DNA of 64,000 bases from Bacteroidota bacterium (GTDB lineage Bacteria > Bacteroidota > Bacteroidia > CAILMK01): contig JABDBQ010000003.1 in the NCBI GenBank assembly GCA_013288555.1, positions 10,945 to 74,944 of the forward strand, written 5' to 3'. The notes beneath the pieces were generated by a model. That model was given only the letters and a program-made list of their open reading frames with translations. It had not been told where the DNA came from and did no database searches. Numbering within the stretch: the first letter of the stretch is position 1; every line of letters begins with the position of its first letter. The position numbers and the translations under genes were made by a program. Shown here in pieces: positions 59,712 through 64,000 of the stretch.

Positions 59712-60626
59712 ATGGCCAATACAAACTGGACTTCAGCAAATATTCCTGATCAAACGGGTAAAAACATTTTGATCACCGGCGCCAACAGCGGCCTCGGTTT
59801 TCATGCAGCCATGGCATTGAGTGGCAAGGGTGCGAATGTAATAATGGCCGTGCGCAGCCTTGAAAAAGGCAAAGCAGCGGCGGCACAAATCAAAACGATG
59901 TACCCGAATGCCAAACTGGATATCATGCAACTTGACCTGAGCGATATGGATTCGATAAAGCATTTTTCAGAAGCTTTTCATGCGAAATACAAGTCCTTAA
60001 ATGTACTGATGAATAATGCGGGCGTGATGGCGATACCTAAAAAAGAAACCACACGACAAGGATTTGAAATGCAGTTTGGCACCAACCATCTCGGGCATTT
60101 CGCGCTCACGGGGCTGCTGCTTGACCTGATCAAAAAAACACCAGATGCACGGGTAACAACCCAAAGCAGCGGCCTGCACAAAGGAATTGATGCCATACAG
60201 TTTGATGATATAAACTGGGAGAAATCTTATACCAAATGGAAAGCATATGCGCAAAGCAAACTGGCAAACCTGTTATTTACGTATGAGCTTGACCGCCAGT
60301 TTAAGGCTCATAAAATTAATGCCGTCGCAACGGTGGCGCATCCGGGTTTTGCGGAAACCAATCTGCAAAGATATTCGGGCTTTGTTGTAAAATACCTGGC
60401 CAATAAAATCCTGGCACAAAGCGCACAGATGGGCAGCCTCCCTATAGTGAGGGCAGCTACTGACAAAAACGCAAAAGGGGGTGAATATTACGGGCCTACC
60501 AAAATGGGTGAAATGCGGGGTTACCCTGAACTCGTAAAATCAAATGAAGCATCATACAATACTCTGGCAGCAAAACAACTTTGGGAAGTTTCTGAAAAGC
60601 TGACAGGCATTCATTATGATTTTTAG
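59712..60626 (+). CDS. Short-chain dehydrogenase/reductase (SDR) family oxidoreductase
   Basis: 304 aa. ITGANSGLG cofactor motif, NNAG, catalytic YAQSKLAN. Confidence 0.9.
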   Translation: MANTNWTSANIPDQTGKNILITGANSGLGFHAAMALSGKGANVIMAVRSLEKGKAAAAQIKTMYPNAKLDIMQLDLSDMDSIKHFSEAFHAKYKSLNVLMNNAGVMAIPKKETTRQGFEMQFGTNHLGHFALTGLLLDLIKKTPDARVTTQSSGLHKGIDAIQFDDINWEKSYTKWKAYAQSKLANLLFTYELDRQFKAHKINAVATVAHPGFAETNLQRYSGFVVKYLANKILAQSAQMGSLPIVRAATDKNAKGGEYYGPTKMGEMRGYPELVKSNEASYNTLAAKQLWEVSEKLTGIHYDF

Positions 60627-60776
60627 AAAAGTGCAGGCAATATTGAAACAGGAGGTTTAGGAAATTGGGATGCAGCTTGTCTGTGTGCCAGACCAGTGAT
60701 TTGGGCTAATGATATATTTTGAAAAAGCCATACTTTTGTTCAAACCTTATCATTTCACTTAAAAATCTATAATAGC

Positions 60777-61535
60777 ATGAAGTGCAGAATTTGTACGCTG
60801 ATCTTTCTCTTTTCGGGCATTTTATTTCAAAATGCAAAGGCTCAGAAAGGAGATATGTCAATCCACCTCGATCTTGGATACGGCTTCCCTTCTGGATCTG
60901 AATCAATTATAAGTCATCAAAACGGCACTTATTCTGAATCGCCTTTCAGCTTTGGTACAGGATCTAATATAGCATTGGCGGGCAGCTATATGCTAAGCGA
61001 TCATCTGGGTGTTGGACTTGATCTCAATGAAATGATCGGAAGGAGTTTTAATCTGGTAACTGAATATGTAAATAACTTCACTCAAACTTCAACATCTGCT
61101 TATAGCGGAAATTTATTTGCTGTTACACCCGACCTTATACTATCTGCCAATGCGGATAAAATCAATTTTTACGGACGGTTTGGCGTTGTCGTCGGGCTGC
61201 CATCTGTTACCGTTAAAACAACCTGGTCGGGTCAATTTGTTCAACCAGGTACTAATATTGATTTATATACCGGCGGCGTAGCCATTGGCGTATATGCGGC
61301 ATTTGGTGTGCAATATCCCATCACCGATCATTTGAAATTGAGTGCCGAACTTTTTGATCGTGACCTGACCTACAGGCCAACAACTTATAAGAATACGCAG
61401 GCTTTTGACGGAGCTTCTAAAACTGCTGATCGCACATTGAGCACTTCCGGCGGTTCTCAAACTGATCTCACAACACCCATGACATTTGGCAGCATCGGTC
61501 TGAAAATAGGCATATCCTATTCACTGATGCACTGA
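60777..61535 (+). CDS. Outer-membrane beta-barrel protein
   Basis: 252 aa. Signal peptide ...FQNAKAQ; alternating hydrophobic strands rich in G/S/T/Y; terminal strand IGLKIGISYSL. Confidence 0.6.
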   Translation: MKCRICTLIFLFSGILFQNAKAQKGDMSIHLDLGYGFPSGSESIISHQNGTYSESPFSFGTGSNIALAGSYMLSDHLGVGLDLNEMIGRSFNLVTEYVNNFTQTSTSAYSGNLFAVTPDLILSANADKINFYGRFGVVVGLPSVTVKTTWSGQFVQPGTNIDLYTGGVAIGVYAAFGVQYPITDHLKLSAELFDRDLTYRPTTYKNTQAFDGASKTADRTLSTSGGSQTDLTTPMTFGSIGLKIGISYSLMH

Positions 61536-61633
61536 TCGTTGTTGTCACAAATACTAAGATAGAAGAAAAGATGAGATACCCTGTACACTCGCGTTACAAA
61601 CGCGCAAGCCAGGAAAAGTATATCAAATAACTT

Positions 61634-62884
61634 TTAATTCAAAAGATTCCCGCTTCCGTCTGTAACCATGATGGCAATATCATTTTTATTATAGCCCTTG
61701 CCAAAACCAGAAGTTGAAACGCCCAATAAAAAACCGCCATTCATGTAGGGGATAACTACTCCCCCAACATCATATAATCCTCCATAAGTATTGTAAAATA
61801 TCTGATGATAGGATGCATCGAACTTGCAGATGAACATATTATAATGTTTCAACCCCCCGGAGATATCAGTTTGCCCTGCCATATAAAAATTGTTATCGCT
61901 GCCTAACCCAAAATAGAAACCGCTGCTGGGGAAACCAGAACCCAGAGCAGTAAACCTGAAATCAACCGGCTGAATGTCATGTGTTTTTGAGGTGGGATCT
62001 GCTTTTACGATATATATGTGATAATCACTTCCGGTTGATATGGTATAAGAAGCTCCAAAAACAGCGTATACCTGCCCATCCGGGGCTTCCACTACACCCA
62101 GGCCGGAAACGAAAGGTGTATCGCTCTCATAAACGTCTGCAGGAAAAGTATCTACCCATTGCGTATTGCCGTGCACATCCACCTTAAAAATGATAGATTG
62201 TTGCTCGTTATTTATGCCAAAAGGATCGACGCCTGCAAAAATAAATCCGCCATCCTTTGAATAACATCCTGCGGTGCAGGGTTCATCACCCACATAATTT
62301 ACAGACTTACCCAATACTTTGGTCCATATCGTTTTACCGCTTGTATCCGTACAATAGGCGCCCATGGCCTGGCTTGCCGTTTCTATCCCAAAAAACATAA
62401 AAGTATGGTTGGGGCCCACAGCGGCATTCATTCCATTTTCCATGGGAAGCTTTTGAGTCCATTTAAGATTGCCATTATAGTCAGTCTTGCCAAAGTACGT
62501 ATGGTATTGATCGGTGCCCAACACAAAGGTTATCAGCAGGCCATCACCGGTATCAAATATTTGTAATGCTTTCGTTGTTTGATTAACATACAATGTTTTT
62601 CTCCAGATTCTTTTCCCCTGGGGATTTATCTTAACCAATATGGCAGAATCTGTTTTATAAACATATTGATTTTCAATATAATATATATTATTCTGTTGGT
62701 CATGGGCAATATACTGAAACAGGTTATTAGAGGTATCCCCGAATTCTTTAAATCCAAAATATGATTTTTCAACATTTGATATCTTATTGCACCCTTGCTG
62801 TATCCAGAATGTGGAAAGGAAAAGCATGACGATACCTGTCTTATGCAAACCCAAAAAATGATGTATATATTTTCTGATATTCAT
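61634..62884 (-). CDS. Hypothetical lipoprotein with repeated beta-propeller-like units
   Basis: Likely start MNIRKYIHHF...FWIQQGC (lipobox-like); the ORF opens at 62947. Recurrent units G(K/N)xxW(x)K/T..: PQGKRIWRKTLY, YNGNLKWTQKL, TSGKTIWTKVLG, VHGNTQWVDTF. Also DGGFIFAG. Confidence 0.55.
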   Translation of the reverse strand: MNIRKYIHHFLGLHKTGIVMLFLSTFWIQQGCNKISNVEKSYFGFKEFGDTSNNLFQYIAHDQQNNIYYIENQYVYKTDSAILVKINPQGKRIWRKTLYVNQTTKALQIFDTGDGLLITFVLGTDQYHTYFGKTDYNGNLKWTQKLPMENGMNAAVGPNHTFMFFGIETASQAMGAYCTDTSGKTIWTKVLGKSVNYVGDEPCTAGCYSKDGGFIFAGVDPFGINNEQQSIIFKVDVHGNTQWVDTFPADVYESDTPFVSGLGVVEAPDGQVYAVFGASYTISTGSDYHIYIVKADPTSKTHDIQPVDFRFTALGSGFPSSGFYFGLGSDNNFYMAGQTDISGGLKHYNMFICKFDASYHQIFYNTYGGLYDVGGVVIPYMNGGFLLGVSTSGFGKGYNKNDIAIMVTDGSGNLLN

Positions 62885-62891
62885 ATCGCCA

Positions 62892-64000
62892 TTAATACGG
62901 ATGAATGCTTTCATCCACATATAACCTGAAGATACCCCGGGTTTCATTTAGCGGATTTACGGTCAAACCAAAGATATACAAATGGTTACTGGCGTCCAGA
63001 AACATGCCGCAGGGCCATCCATCAAATGATTGCTGATTTATAGTTTGTCCATTCTGGTTTTTCCTCACCAGGGTATATTTTCCCTGCAAAGAACCTGCAT
63101 CTCCATTAAACACTGTTGGAATCGTTTCCATAATATCCATATTATCTGCCTGGTAATATGTTACATAATTATCCAGCCTTGCCGTAGGTGTTCCAATTGT
63201 ATTTGAAGTAATAGGTGTAATGGAATCCAATACTTTGGATGAAATTACCTGGAGATTCTGGTCTGTAGTTATTTCATGTAAAACATTTGAAAAATAATTA
63301 GTTGTGCCAAGTTGTGACACAGCATTAAATACAAAATCATAAGAACCATCTGCCATCCGTTCCATTTTATTGAATACGAGGGGCAATTGGGAAGAGGCGG
63401 TGGGGAAATTGACATTTGGGAAATTTGTACTTTTCTGAAATTTTCCTGCAGTATCAAACCTGATCAATTCCAACTGAGGGGTGTTGCTTGTTTTGTTTAT
63501 AACTACCGTCGCCGCCATTAATAAACTACCATTATTATCAACAGCCATTTTCGCAGCGTTGAAACCCGCACCCGGTATATGGATATTGCCAACAAAGGTT
63601 TTGTACCATACTTTGGTTCCTGCATTGTTTAACTTGTATAAAAAATTAGCATTTGTAGGTCCATAATTTCCGCATACATAAAAGTAGCCGAACTGATCTG
63701 AACAAACGCCGGTCAAATAATAATCAATGCTTGGATGAATGATCCATTCAAGGTTTCCGTTGGCATCGGTTTTAAACATCCTCGGATATAAAGCAAGGCC
63801 ACCTGCACCTACATTAAGTGGACTGGATTCGCCAACAATCACAAATCCCCCATCAGAAGTTTCTGCTATGCTCATTGAAAAGACGATATCCGCGTTAGGA
63901 AAGGTTTTATACCATAATTCTTTGCCGTTTCCGTCATATTTCAGCAGATAAACCCCTGTATATAAACTTACGCTGGGTGTTACAAAACCCGAAACCAGGT
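62892..64000 (-). CDS. Paralogous beta-propeller-like protein, 5-prime end outside the window
   Basis: The frame stays open upstream of the track Met to the window edge (...KYDGNGKELWYKTFPNADIVFSMSIAETSDGGFVIVG...). Same unit type (ANGNLEWI, AGTKVWYKTF) as the downstream gene. Confidence 0.55.
   Translation of the reverse strand, partial: LVSGFVTPSVSLYTGVYLLKYDGNGKELWYKTFPNADIVFSMSIAETSDGGFVIVGESSPLNVGAGGLALYPRMFKTDANGNLEWIIHPSIDYYLTGVCSDQFGYFYVCGNYGPTNANFLYKLNNAGTKVWYKTFVGNIHIPGAGFNAAKMAVDNNGSLLMAATVVINKTSNTPQLELIRFDTAGKFQKSTNFPNVNFPTASSQLPLVFNKMERMADGSYDFVFNAVSQLGTTNYFSNVLHEITTDQNLQVISSKVLDSITPITSNTIGTPTARLDNYVTYYQADNMDIMETIPTVFNGDAGSLQGKYTLVRKNQNGQTINQQSFDGWPCGMFLDASNHLYIFGLTVNPLNETRGIFRLYVDESIHPY

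Overview
Chromosomal window from a Bacteroidota-type genome. Supporting signs: two proteins end in T9SS type-A C-terminal sorting domains, TAnnTTTG-like promoter boxes occur, and gene starts lack obvious Shine-Dalgarno sequences. The left 25 kb (76-25302) is one mostly minus-strand Wzx/Wzy-dependent polysaccharide locus. It holds wza, wzc, wzx, a DegT aminotransferase / WbqC / aminotransferase-like triad, seven glycosyltransferases (an eighth at 25565-26773 is coupled to lptF/G outside the locus), a Wzy-like polymerase, a methyltransferase, a deacetylase, a translationally coupled pair of kinase-like genes, gmd-fcl and the initiating phosphoglycosyl transferase. The remainder is core genome: LptF/G permease, groES-groEL, yciH/SUI1, a TolC-MFP-MacB-type efflux operon, lptB, recJ, fmt, rluD and thrS-infC-rpmI-rplT. 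It also encodes envelope and secreted proteins: a ~1500-aa T9SS adhesin, an Omp85-like barrel, beta-barrel OMPs and tandem paralogous lipoproteins. I recognised no rRNA, tRNA, CRISPR array, transposase or integrase. Three things stand out. (i) A nucleotidyltransferase/P-loop-kinase fusion plus an APH-fold kinase sit inside the glycan operon. (ii) An orphan eRF1/Pelota-like (baeRF-type) gene lies next to rluD, bracketed by direct copies of a purine-rich repeat. (iii) Core-genome intergenic spacers are packed with families of 7-8-nt short tandem repeats and REP-like GC hairpins. This peaks in a 1.16-kb repeat-only spacer upstream of thrS built from two diverged ~310-bp modules. I found no clear-cut defence or mobile system. 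All novelty statements are hypotheses that need database and structure searches I cannot run. Coordinates of non-CDS features were read by eye and may be off by 1-2 nt.
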